This document shows positions 39,656 through 50,690 of a DNA stretch of 64,000 nt, piece after piece (position 1 is the stretch's first letter; each line of letters starts with the position of its first letter). Under the pieces are notes generated by a model, which saw nothing but the letters and a program-made list of their open reading frames with translations, made no database searches and was not told the origin of the DNA. The stretch comes from Phoronis australis. Taxonomy: Eukaryota > Animalia > Phoronida. The translations under genes were made by a program, and so were the position numbers. The stretch is taken from positions 408,624-472,623 of the forward strand of contig NMRA01000109.1 in the NCBI GenBank assembly GCA_002633005.1. Reading direction: 5' to 3'.

Positions 39656-42600
39656 GGAGCTATTCGGAGAATTCTCCTCGCGGTGTCGCTGCTGTACTAG
39701 TGGTGATTGAATTGCGCATGCGTGGCTGTTTGCATGTAAACAACTGGTAAAAGATGGAATTGTTATCAAAATACGTCGTCGCGCTAAGCCTTATTACTGC
39801 TAATTTCCTTGGTGCAAGTCTTTGACAGGTGGTCACAAATTCCCAAAAGACCTAAGGTTACTATATTCGTGGACAATTGCGGTCAAAAGGGTCAACTAAT
39901 TGGCAAAAAGTGTGTGGATGCTGAAGCCCCGTGTTTACTTTAGGAGTCTATGACTATGCAGTTCCATTCGGAGGCTACACAACATTACTTGGTAAGTTTT
40001 TAGCAATCAATTTTCTATCAACATCGTTTGGTGATTTTATCCCCACCAGTTACCCCACTGAATAACAGGTTTATTGAGTGGAACTAGTGTTTCTTTTAGG
40101 AAACTCACCCGATGCCGGGTAGGCTAGCAGCACTACATATTCATATTGTCCTGGGTGGGAGTGCTCCCAAAATAAGAGATGTATGGAACGTGATGCACAG
40201 AAGTCAAGGGTGACTTTTTCAAAGCAGTTTCTCTTCAAAACTATGCTGTTTCCAATAAAATTCTCTAGATGTGTGAGTTTCCTTATTTTATCGCGGACTC
40301 CACCCCCAGGACTACAAGACCAATTATCGAATGGACATGAATAAGCCTTAATTTAGTAAATGTCGTAACATTGTATTGGAAGAAAAATTGATTCCTAGGA
40401 TGAATTTTACTTGCTGAGATCACATTTTAAGTGTCATGAAAAATACACATTGTTAAATCACTTTTAGCCTGTTTTACATATTTTAATTCAGATATTAAAT
40501 AAGACTTGGGTACAAAGGTTACTAGTTTCTACACATAAACATGAAGATGAAACGTCAAGTATGTTCTGCCTTACAAAAGTCTTGTCTTTTCCTTTACAAT
40601 TTGCTAATATTTCTCTGACTATTCTGTTACAGGTGAGCGAAAACAACTGAAACCAACCGCCCAACCATTTATTTTACCTTTGGACAAAGTGAAAAGCAAT
40701 CCTTCAGCAATAACCTGAGAGAATTGAATATAATTCAGAAATTAGTACTTGATATGGCTGATTATGGACTCCGTCGCATTGTTGTTTCTTTCTGTGCTTT
40801 TTCAGTCTGCCATTTGTTTTTAAATACACTGATAAATGTTCATTCTCGAATCTTGTGCATAGCAGATTCTTATCTAGCTAGCTACAATTGAAAACATACA
40901 ATAAGACAATCGATGCAGTCACTGAATGTCATTTCCCCCATAATGTGTACCAAATTGAAAAGTTTTTACCAATAGTATAAAGCTTTTCCTCTGAAAGGAA
41001 AATTTAATGTCACTCAGCTTTTGGCTTTCATTTCACTGGGATCTCGTTTCAATGGCCTATAGAAGCGCTTGTAAAAAAGGTCCGTCCAGTTTCGACACGT
41101 GGCTTTCTTTCATGTAACCTCATTCAGCCTCAATAACATCCACAATTAGACCCTTGAAGGTAAACACAGCAGCATATCACTTAAATCGTTTTGAGCCCAA
41201 AATCAGACCCTTGAAGTAGACCAGAGTGTCACTAGATATTCTTTAGCTTCAGTCCTTCATGTTTCTTCCAGGAAAGGAAATAAGCTATTGTCCACACATG
41301 ACTCATTGCCTATGAAAGGGCACCCTCACCAACAAGGCTTACTTGTGTGGCAGTCAGATATAGTTCGTCTGAATACACAGACAGTCCACTGGCACATTGT
41401 CTTATGGTAACTTAGTACTGCGATTCACATTTCTCTAGGGCCACTGACTTGTACATTGTGCCATGCAGCACTGGTGGTGTGTGGAAGTGCTGTGGGACGA
41501 GAACGGAGTAACAAAGCTTGTCTATGATACAGCTTGAAGTGGCCTTAAAATGTCACTGAACCTGGAACAAATATTGAAATGTGAATAATTAAGTACTCCA
41601 GATTGTGTCAAAACGTTATCCCTGTTGTTCAAAAATATATGGTGACTGCTCTACAGTTTCACATAAAATTAAATAATTACTATTTTCAGAAACCAAGGGT
41701 GTATATAAAAAGCATTGCATAAAACTCTCTTTATTTTTTATTCGTAGCCATAACAATTCTTTAAACGCATCACTTGTCTGCAAAATATACAAGCTTTTTG
41801 AGACAACTTCAAACCTTTGTTACCCATTTTCAAACCTTTTTAATTTCGATACTTTCAGCAATTTTAAACTCCGATTACAGGTTCATGGGTCTGTCAAGAA
41901 TACTTCTAGTCTAAGGTTGATGGAACCGTTTCTCAGACTTTTAATTTTTCTTGTAATAGAAGATATGAAGACTTAGGTCATTTAAAAATGATGATTAACC
42001 TTTCTGTTGTTTAAGAGTAATTTCAAATCGTAAGGCACCATCAAAAATGCAATTTTCACAAAAAATGGCAGTCATTTGAATTTATAACGACTTGCAACAT
42101 TTCAAGGCATGAGTTAAGACTATTCAGTCACTATGAATTCAGAAAATGTAATATATTTTCATGGGTTTACAGTTGATCCAAGTAGCAAAACAGTTTCAAG
42201 AAATCAACTTGAAGGTACTTCATGAAGGTTAAGAATTACCTCACCATGCTCTTTTCCCCAAACATGTATTACCAGTTATTTCCACGCATTCAGTTTTACC
42301 AAATATTACAACCCCAACCCCCCATGCCAATCCCCCGCTAAGAACTTGAATAAGAAAATTAACAAAATGACTTACATACCTTTCTCTAAAAATAGCTGCT
42401 CCTTTTCAAAGGCTTTGTTCGTTGCCTCCAATATTGAAAGTAGGCTTTGACAAAAGATCTGCACTAGATGGGAAGATCTTGTTGGTTAGCTGCAGTCAAA
42501 GGCTAAAAACCAATTTTTGTCACTCCATTCAGGGACGGTGCAGAAGCGATGCATATCTCCTCTGCACGGTACAAGCCCTCAAACCTAAAAACCAAAAGTT

Positions 42601-43195
42601 ACGTGAAAACAGACTAGATAGATTTCCATTTCAACGTGTACTAGATTTCCAGAAGACATATGATAGGGAGTAAACAAATAGTCTAATGCAATGGATACTT
42701 GTCATGTACCCTTTGCCATTGACCTTGGATTGTAATCTTAACTCATTAACCTGTATCGAGTTGACAGCATAAACATTCAGCATTGATTGATGTAACTGTC
42801 ACTGATAAACTGTTAGAAATCATTCCAAACAATAATAATGCTTTGATGCACGAAAAGATCCCGATTGTTACGTCAAGTATCGTATCACATATCACAACAA
42901 AGATTAACCCGACTGGCGACGGCCGCGAAGTCGACATCGGAGAGTACCTCAGTTAACAGGCATCGGTAGAATAAGCATGGAATAATCGTTAAAATAATCA
43001 CCTACCTTACCTTTGTATAAGGTCGTGCTTACTTCCTCTCATAGAAGCACCCTTTTCACGCAATCTCAGATTCAGTTGGCACAGCTGCAAGCCATTTCAC
43101 CATTTATTTAAAGGGCTCACGAAATCGAGGCTGTTAATCTATCACCACTAGTACACGCGCGCCCTCTAGTTATTGTAGATTTTCCGAATAGCCCC
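39656..43195. mobile_element. Degenerate ISL2EU-like (PIF/Harbinger group) DNA transposon with AT TSD
   Basis: AT|GGAGCTATTCGGAGAAT ... ATTTTCCGAATAGCCCC|AT; THAP-like relic on + (GGHKFPKDLRLLYSWTIAVKR; KQLKPTAQP) and convergent SAP-like relic on - (LREKGASMRGSKHDLIQR). Confidence 0.75.
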
Positions 43196-43617
43196 ATTGG
43201 AATAATTCTAACTAAGCTCACCTTGTTTCTAAATAATACTTACTCAAATAAGGAATTACGAAACAAATCATGTTGTAAATGCGTCTTAATTTTTGTTGCG
43301 TTGAACTTTCAAAAATACTTCAAGGTACAAGTTTATGGAAATGCACGGTACTGCAGACGTCTTTTCTTAACATAAGTAAAGCGTTCTAGTTGCCTAAGTT
43401 CCCTCTATGTCAACTGTTTTTCTATATGTGTCTTAATCTGGATTGATGAATGGTTTCATGTCAGTCATGCTACAGATTATTATTACAATTCTTAGGTGTC
43501 TGCAATTACTGATAATACACTAGTGACAATAACCAATGTACACTTGTATTAATAAGTATGTAATATTTATGATTTCTTAAAAGATTAATTTCTTTATCAA
43601 TCTATGATTTACAACAG

Positions 43618-43638
43618 GTTTAGCAGACACTGCCGCGG
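43618..43638 (+). CDS. Micro-exon, type B, 21 nt via a shifted acceptor (x-LADTAA-x)
   Basis: tctatgatttacaacag|GTTTAGCAGACACTGCCGCGG|gtgagtatt. Confidence 0.65.
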
Positions 43639-44121
43639 GTGAGTATTTGATACATTGCTTTTTTTAAATAAAGTCGAACAAATGCAAACAGAAAATTCAT
43701 CAATATCAATTTGAATAATTCTAATTAAATTCACCTTATTTCTAAATGATAGTTACTGAAATAAGTAATCACAAAAAATTCATGTTGCAAATGTGTTTGA
43801 AATTTTGGTTGCATAGAACTTTTAAAAATACATCAAGCTACAACTATATGGAAATACATGGCACTGCAGACGTCTTTTATAGACAAAAACAAAGCGTTCT
43901 AGTTGCCTAATTTTCCTCTACGTCAACTGTTTTCCTATTTATGTCTCATTCTGAAGTGACGAATGATTTCATGTCAGGCTACAGATTCTTATTACAATTC
44001 GTAGGTGGATGGGATTACTGAACAGTACACTTGCGATTATGACAAATGTACACTAATGTTATTTCTGTAATGTTTGTGATTCGTTAACATAGTAATCTCT
44101 TTATCAATCTATGATTTACAG

Positions 44122-44145
44122 TTATTATGACAGGCCCTCCTACTG
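44122..44145 (+). CDS. Micro-exon, type B, 24 nt, phase 1-1 (x-IMTGPPT-x)
   Basis: tctatgatttacag|TTATTATGACAGGCCCTCCTACTG|gtgagttt. Confidence 0.8.
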
Positions 44146-44871
44146 GTGAGTTTTTAATATACTGTTTTTTCCCAAAAAAACGAATGAATGCAAGTAGAGA
44201 GTTCACCTATATCAATTTAATTAATTCTAACTAAATTCACCTTAGTCCAAAATAATAGTTACTGGCATTAGGAATCACAAAAAATATGCTGCAAATGTGT
44301 TTGAAATTTACGTTGCATTGAACTTTTAGAAAAATATCTCAAGGTACATATTTATGGAAATACATGGTACTGCAGACATCTTTTATGAACTTAAGCAAAG
44401 CGTTCTAGTTGCCACCTGATAAAACACACTTGAATCAAAATAGCATAAGTGTGGCAGAAACACCTACTCAATTTTCTCCCTGACTTTGGAAGAAAAACGC
44501 TTACACACCGTGTGCACTTGTGAAAAAATTCTAAGAACAACAAACGTCAAGGAGCGCGAGTCCGGCAGACAAGTCCTCTTTTCGTTTCGTCTAAATCACT
44601 GTGAACTCTAAATGTCAACACTTCTGCTCTTTTTTCGAATATATTGACAAAACTAGAACACTCTACCAGAGCAATCCGTGCATTTTGTCAATGTATCACT
44701 TACTCCGAAGACTTCCTAGTTAAGTAGTCTTTATACACACCTGTACCTAAGATAAAATCTGAATATGTAAATTTTTCGTTTCTTGGTATTTTAGGCAGTA
44801 AGAGAAGCGTTAACATAACCACCCATAAGGCAGGTTATGAGCAGTATATTATTTATATTTCTTTCAAATAG

Positions 44872-44895
44872 TTTCTACAGTTTTCCGTTCAATGA
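44872..44895 (+). CDS. Candidate micro-exon, 24 nt or 15 nt from 44881 (x-STVFRSM-x)
   Basis: atttctttcaaatag|TTTCTACAG|TTTTCCGTTCAATGA|gttagt; two in-frame acceptors and a weak donor. Confidence 0.35.
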   Translation, partial: FLQFSVQ

Positions 44896-46174
44896 GTTAG
44901 TAAACCGTGTAATGTACATGAATTTCAAAGTAACGACTTATGTTTTTTTTTTATTTTACAATGTCCAGCATGCGCTTGAACTTTCCAGTTGCACTAAATT
45001 CTTTCAAATGTGACGTTATCATGGGTGGGCAACTGGTACATCTATTTCTGTTTTTTTTTTCGTGAATTCATTTGTAATTTCATGGTTCTCATAATCAACT
45101 TGCATGATGGATGTCTCACACTTTCACGATTTGCGAATAAAGGGTTAAGGTCTTATAAAGGTACAGACTGGAGATTGATCATTGTCCTACCGAATGATGC
45201 AGTCAACTATAGGCAAAACTCGTTCTGCACATGTATCTTCATCCGTTGTGACTGCTATATATTTGACAAATGGCTAAGCTCTTCTAAAGGTGGAGGATAC
45301 TTGACCACCTTGTTTTCCTACATTTTTGTATTTGATGCACTATGAATATTAAATCTGGTTAGAAACAAATGCAATGCTCTTTAGCTTTTGTCTTTCTAGT
45401 TTTCACCCTTGTGCTGGAAAATAATTTGCTCTACATAATTATCATTATATTACGGTATGGACAGACTATCAAAAAGCTATGCCACGAAATGTGAAAAAGC
45501 TGAGTTTCTATACGATATTTTTAAACACGGTCTGACTTGTTTGACCTACTTAAATTACTTAGCTAAATAGTCGGACAGTAAAATGACCCACGGCTCAAGT
45601 CACTCAACATCATTGACCTCATCCTTTTTAAACTTAGACATTTGGTTTTAACAAGTGTTTTAAAAAGAACATGGTCTGGAAACCTCTGTGTGCTACAACA
45701 TGTATAAGAGTTAAGTGTTCGAAACCAATTTTGAAATTCAAATAAATATTGCGATGGACGTACAAGATGGGTAAGTACCTAATCTCGACACACGGTCAAG
45801 AATTAGAATATTTCAAACAACCACTATTCACATCAATCTTGGATGTCTGCTAGCGCAATTCCTCATGCCAAATACAAGTTGTGCCACCTGCTGACTCATA
45901 AATGGCATGATCAATTGTTGGTACATTAGATTATCTGGACTCTCCGTGTGGCTCACCTTACCGTAGCTCCACATTCCCCCGCATGCCAACGCTTGACAAA
46001 TATTGTGTCATTGTGAAAGTGAACAATCGGTTCAACTCGGGCTTGGAAATGATTGCCATTACAGTGTACTTGCCACTGTATGAAATACGCACTACTATTA
46101 ATACTCAAGTGATGTTAACAAGACATTAACAGAACAATTTGGATCTTAATCTACGTGTGCGGGTACTCAAACAG

Positions 46175-46186
46175 GTACTGCCAAGG
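46175..46186 (+). CDS. Micro-exon, type D, 12 nt, GC donor (x-TAK-x)
   Basis: actcaaacag|GTACTGCCAAGG|gcgagt; 11/12 identical to the exon at 59382. Confidence 0.45.
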
Positions 46187-46306
46187 GCGAGTGATTAGTT
46201 TACGACTGCTTCTCATGAAGTTCATCCACATGGAATGAGATATTTCATCAATATAAAATTGACTTATTATTACCAAATTCAGCTAATTTCTACATATTTT
46301 CTCTAG

Positions 46307-46326
46307 TTAAGAATCGCAAAAAGTAG
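46307..46326 (+). CDS. Candidate terminal exon (x-KNRKK-stop)
   Basis: ctaatttctacatattttctctag|TT AAG AAT CGC AAA AAG TAG, 120 nt after the type D exon. Confidence 0.25.
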
Positions 46327-47049
46327 TGAGATGTGAAGTCTCTCACGTTTTATGAATGAACTTGCCTGAGAGTACGATACTACACTTATGGTTATCCGAT
46401 TTAAATGTAAACTAGGCATTTTATTAACGTAAGCTAAAAGATAACAAACAGTTTCTCATTCTGCTCCTTGAGCATTAAAAAGAAACAAGAAATGACGTGC
46501 AGTTTATAAGTCTGGCGTATATAAATTTAGCACGAAAAACAGCACAACACTTCTTTTCGTTTTCTTTTCTGTTGCTCTAGCGTGTTAACGCTATCACCTG
46601 CAGTGCATGTTTGAACCTATTGAAAAATTTAAAACTGGAAAGTGAAGCAAAGATGTACTTGGCCACACCAATACTTTTTTTAGCCAATTAGGGAACGAGA
46701 TGAAATGAAACGTACATTTTGCTTGTATAACACTTGTTTTTGTCCGATTAAATTTGAAATTAACCATTGTTTGTACCTTTTTAGCGTAGATAAAGTTTGG
46801 ATATCGACAAATTCGCCTTTTTCTTCAATTATTTTCGTAGTTACCAAGCTTTTTGTGAACTGCTTTAATGGACGCCATGATCAATTCACGCAAACTGCGT
46901 TTCAAATGCAATTACTGTAGTATGTATATTTTTACTTGAAATGAATTTTATATTCAAGTTTGCATCACTTGTTTACAGTTCCCATCGAGCAAGTGCAAAC
47001 CAGTGAAACATACGTGGTATTCAGAATCATAACTCACAGAATGTTTCGA

Positions 47050-47430
47050 TTTTATTAATGTCTATTTTCCCAGCTTGAACATGCGCATGGACATTCCCGT
47101 TTGACTGTATTCTTTGACTTGAGTGACAATATTGGACACAAGAATCAAAATGACTATATCAAGTTTTGGAAAGTGGTACATGAGTTTTTATTCTCCATGA
47201 AATTTGTTTTATTGTCTTCAATTTCCCTACATGGCATATGTTTTGTAAAACACGTCTCATTCTGAAGGTCGAATAGGTCCAACTTGGTCTTCGTAAATAT
47301 TGCTATTACCATTTTAGGTTTCTGGAATTATGGGACAGTGCACTTGCCAGTATAACAAATATGCACTATTATTTATTCTTTACAGAGCAAGTACAACCTT
47401 ATATTTCTTACTTTTACTACCTTCACTATT
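47050..47430 (+). pseudogene. Degenerate micro-exon cassette with no intact exon
   Basis: Upstream block retained (aatgtctatt, gtctcattctgaag, ctggaatta, tataacaaat) but no following GTGAG donor. Confidence 0.55.
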
Positions 47431-47832
47431 GAAATATTATGCATTTGTTTGGATGTTTTTTATTTTGTGATCAGAGACATTTCAGCCTGTTTTTTAAGTT
47501 TCTAAAGCACACATCAAGAAGCAGACTTGTCATTTCTGCTTTTACGGTAGAATTCTAAATTCTCATGAGACACTTTCACTCGAAGTTAAATTCGCTCATT
47601 TCCATAATTTAGTGCTTGTAGTATTTTTAACGGGGAGGATTCAAGTGCCCTACAGTAGATGGCACTGAGGGAGTTTCTGTATACGCCATCTTGTAACACA
47701 TTGATGGACGAGCATTCATTTGTCTAATTTTAACTCCTCAAACTGGTGTGCACGTATCTGAACAAGGCTGTTGTAACGTGATCAATAACGTTAAATAACT
47801 GTAACCTCATTTAAAGCTATACATGTATTACA

Positions 47833-47912
47833 TGTATATATATATATGTGTGTGTGTTTGTGGGTGTTGCTGTGCGTGCGCGTGCGCGTGCGTGTGCGTA
47901 TGTGTGTGAGAG
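47833..47912. repeat. (TA)n/(TG)n/(TGCG)n microsatellite
   Basis: Seen directly in the sequence. Confidence 0.9.
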
Positions 47913-48453
47913 AGGATGTGTAGTTTTAAGCGCATCCCTTGTAGATGTGAATAAACAGTTTTATTAGAGTACGCTACCCACATACGTACATGTATCTTTA
48001 CATGATTTTTAATTATGATTAACGATGAACCAAGATAAATTCCCCATTTTCCCTTTATCAATGCCTACATTGTCAGACCTCAAGATGTACATGTACATTC
48101 CTGTCGGACTAGGTTCCTTAACTGAAGTGGCGATGTTGGACGGTAGAATACAAATGACATCGTCTGGCTTTGGCGACTGGAACAGTTTTTTACTCATGAA
48201 CATCATTGCGATTTCATTGTTTCCATAATCGCCTAGCAGTACTCTCCATACATACCAACTGATTTCAGATCGTGTGCCACATTTTGAAGAGACGAATGAG
48301 CCAACTTCGTTATTGATATAGATTGAAATTACAGTTCATATGCTGGTGGAGATACCTTGCACATGTCGATATAAAAATGTATTTTGCTATTAGTACATAT
48401 CTAATATTTATCAATGTATAAAAGAACCCGGTATTTCTTTTTGTGATTTACAG

Positions 48454-48477
48454 ATAATCGGATGAGTATTTCCAGAT
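48454..48477 (+). CDS. Micro-exon, type A, 24 nt, phase 1-1 (x-NRMSISR-x)
   Basis: tttctttttgtgatttacag|ATAATCGGATGAGTATTTCCAGAT|gtgagtatt; the other two frames contain stops. Confidence 0.8.
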
Positions 48478-49721
48478 GTGAGTATTTGCTAAACCACTTG
48501 TGTTCAATAAGTACGACTAAATGACATCATTCATCAAGAAATAGTGCCAATTTCAACTTCAGCGAGTTTCAGATACAATCAATATGTCTATCTTTACACG
48601 AAGATTTTATATTTTCAGATATGCATCAATTCTTTAGAGTTTTCATTGAGCAAGGCTGAACCAGTATAACCATAAAACTCTAGCTCTTGAATGACAAAAT
48701 CGACCTCGTGCTGCTCAAGTTGCGCCACACGTGCGTGGAATTTGTCTGCATTCTGTTTTACCGGTGTTGGTTTTTGCTGTGAAATTCATTCATACTTTAC
48801 GAAGCTCCAACGTTTTTCAACAAAATTTCAAAAAACATATCGTTACAAAGCATTTCACCAGTTCCTGATAGTGTATGATTATACAAAAAAACAAAAGATA
48901 ACTAATTTAATATAAACATACTTACCATTTTGCACAACGGACAGGTTTAAATAATATGGTTAATTTAAAGATCAAGAGCACCACCAAAATGCTAAAATTG
49001 AAAAGATGTGTTGCTGATGATGTGTTACTGAGGCTGACTTTTGGACAGGCACAGCCACTCTGTCGCCAAGTAGTGGCGTTTTTTGCGCCTGGACCCGACT
49101 CTCTGTAACACGTTGAGGGATATTTGTGAGATTTGACAGTTTAATCGTATGGAGCTGTCGACAAATTGTCACAAGGGTCAAACTGATCCATATCGCCCTC
49201 TTGAGGCAAAATGTTTTTTTACGGTTACCGTGTGCCTTCCGATTTCATTGATGTATTTTCATGAAAGTTGGCAAATAAGTTTCAATTAGGGAACCGACAG
49301 AACCTTCTCATTTTGATGATTCCGTGCCTCTTGGTGGCCATTCTTTTATTTTTGTGTCCGTTTTCTGTCGAGCACTTCTCTATCTACAATACTGCTTAAA
49401 GGAGAAAGCTGAGAATTTGCACGTGTTCCTGGTAAGAACGTCATGATTAAAGTTAATTTCATACGGGTGCAACTACTGTGTCGACTCCTAGTTAAGAATG
49501 TTCCTAGTGACTTTGGCCGAATCTCCTTAACTCCTTGAAAGACCTTTGTTAAATTTGGAAGTTGAGTTCTTGTGGAACTGACAAAAAATGATAACATGAA
49601 GTTCAACAAATCGGTTTTTAGTTATTAGGTAACTACAACGCCTTTTTTTCGGGCAGACTTAATATTTTTTGCGCCAACTAATGGCCATTTAAATTTTCCC
49701 AAATGTTTTTGACATCTGACA

Positions 49722-49822
49722 TCTCTCTCTCTCTCTCTCTCCCTCTCCCTCTCCCTCCCCCTCTCCCTCTCCCTCCCCATCCCCCTCTCCCTCTCCCTCC
49801 CCATCCCTCTCTCCCTCTCCCC
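49722..49822. repeat. (CT)n/(CCCTCT)n pyrimidine tract
   Basis: Seen directly; explains the RE-repeat ORF 49625-49981. Confidence 0.9.
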
Positions 49823-50666
49823 AAATGTCTTGTGTAACGACTTTTTACAGGCAGTTTTATACATGGAGGGCGTCAGAATTGATCGAAGACTGGAGCTAAA
49901 AAAAACAGAGCCCAATAATTCCTGGCATCCATTCTGGTTTACATGTCGCTTCCTACACGTACATGTATAAAGAATGATCAATGCAGTTATCGGGTCTGTT
50001 GATTAATTTTGCCAAAAATATGTTGTCTGGAATTGCTTCTTGTCTCGCTTGACAAAGCAATTGGAAACTGACCAATGATATTAGGTATATACGTTTGATC
50101 GAAACTCAGTCGAGCAGACAGTATGAAATTCGCAGTTAAAACTCTCGCAGTTTTTCTCGGGGTCGCAAGTTTTTATAATGGAATACATTGTTCAAGTGCA
50201 GAACTTAGCATTCCAGGGTGGAGTACTGTAGCAGTCTCGCAGCTAGAAAAATCCCGTGTCTCCATTCAAAACACACGCCACTATTTCTCCGCCATGCTTT
50301 CTTACTGCGACCCTAATGCTTTTGAACTCTACTCAGGCCTAGATTTCTGTGGTGCATAACTTATTTTTTTATTTTGTCAATGTCTACTTTGTCCAACATG
50401 AAAAGTGAGCAGTCGTTTTTTTTGCGATTTCATTATATTCACAATCCACTAGCAGTAATTCACCAACATTTCAACTGTTTTCATGTGATGTGTCTCATTC
50501 TGGCTTGACGAATAGGTCCATTTTGGGCATGGTACAGATTCTTATTACAATTCGCTGGTTGCTGGAATTAATGATCACAACACCGACAAATACACACTAC
50601 TTTAATACTCATGAAATGTTAACAAATCCTTAACATAACAATCTTTTCCTCATCTATGATTTACAG

Positions 50667-50690
50667 TTGGTCGAAAAAGAACTGGCGTGG
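50667..50690 (+). CDS. Micro-exon, type B, 24 nt, phase 1-1 (x-GRKRTGV-x)
   Basis: catctatgatttacag|TTGGTCGAAAAAGAACTGGCGTGG|gtgagtatt. Confidence 0.8.

Larger units (their letters stand above)
43198..44412 (+). repeat. Tandem duplications of the type B micro-exon cassette, about 510-bp period
   Basis: 'aaagcgttctagttgcc' occurs near 43378, 43891 and 44397; 'aattcta...ttcacctt' is also repeated. Confidence 0.9.

Noticed and set aside
49625-49981. Arg/Glu-repeat protein ORF
   Set aside because: Translation of a CT microsatellite
39558-50690. CRISPR-like reading (constant flanks with variable 24-nt inserts)
   Set aside because: Units are 0.5-4 kb apart, the inserts are homologous to each other and bounded by spliceosomal signals, the context is eukaryotic and no cas genes are present
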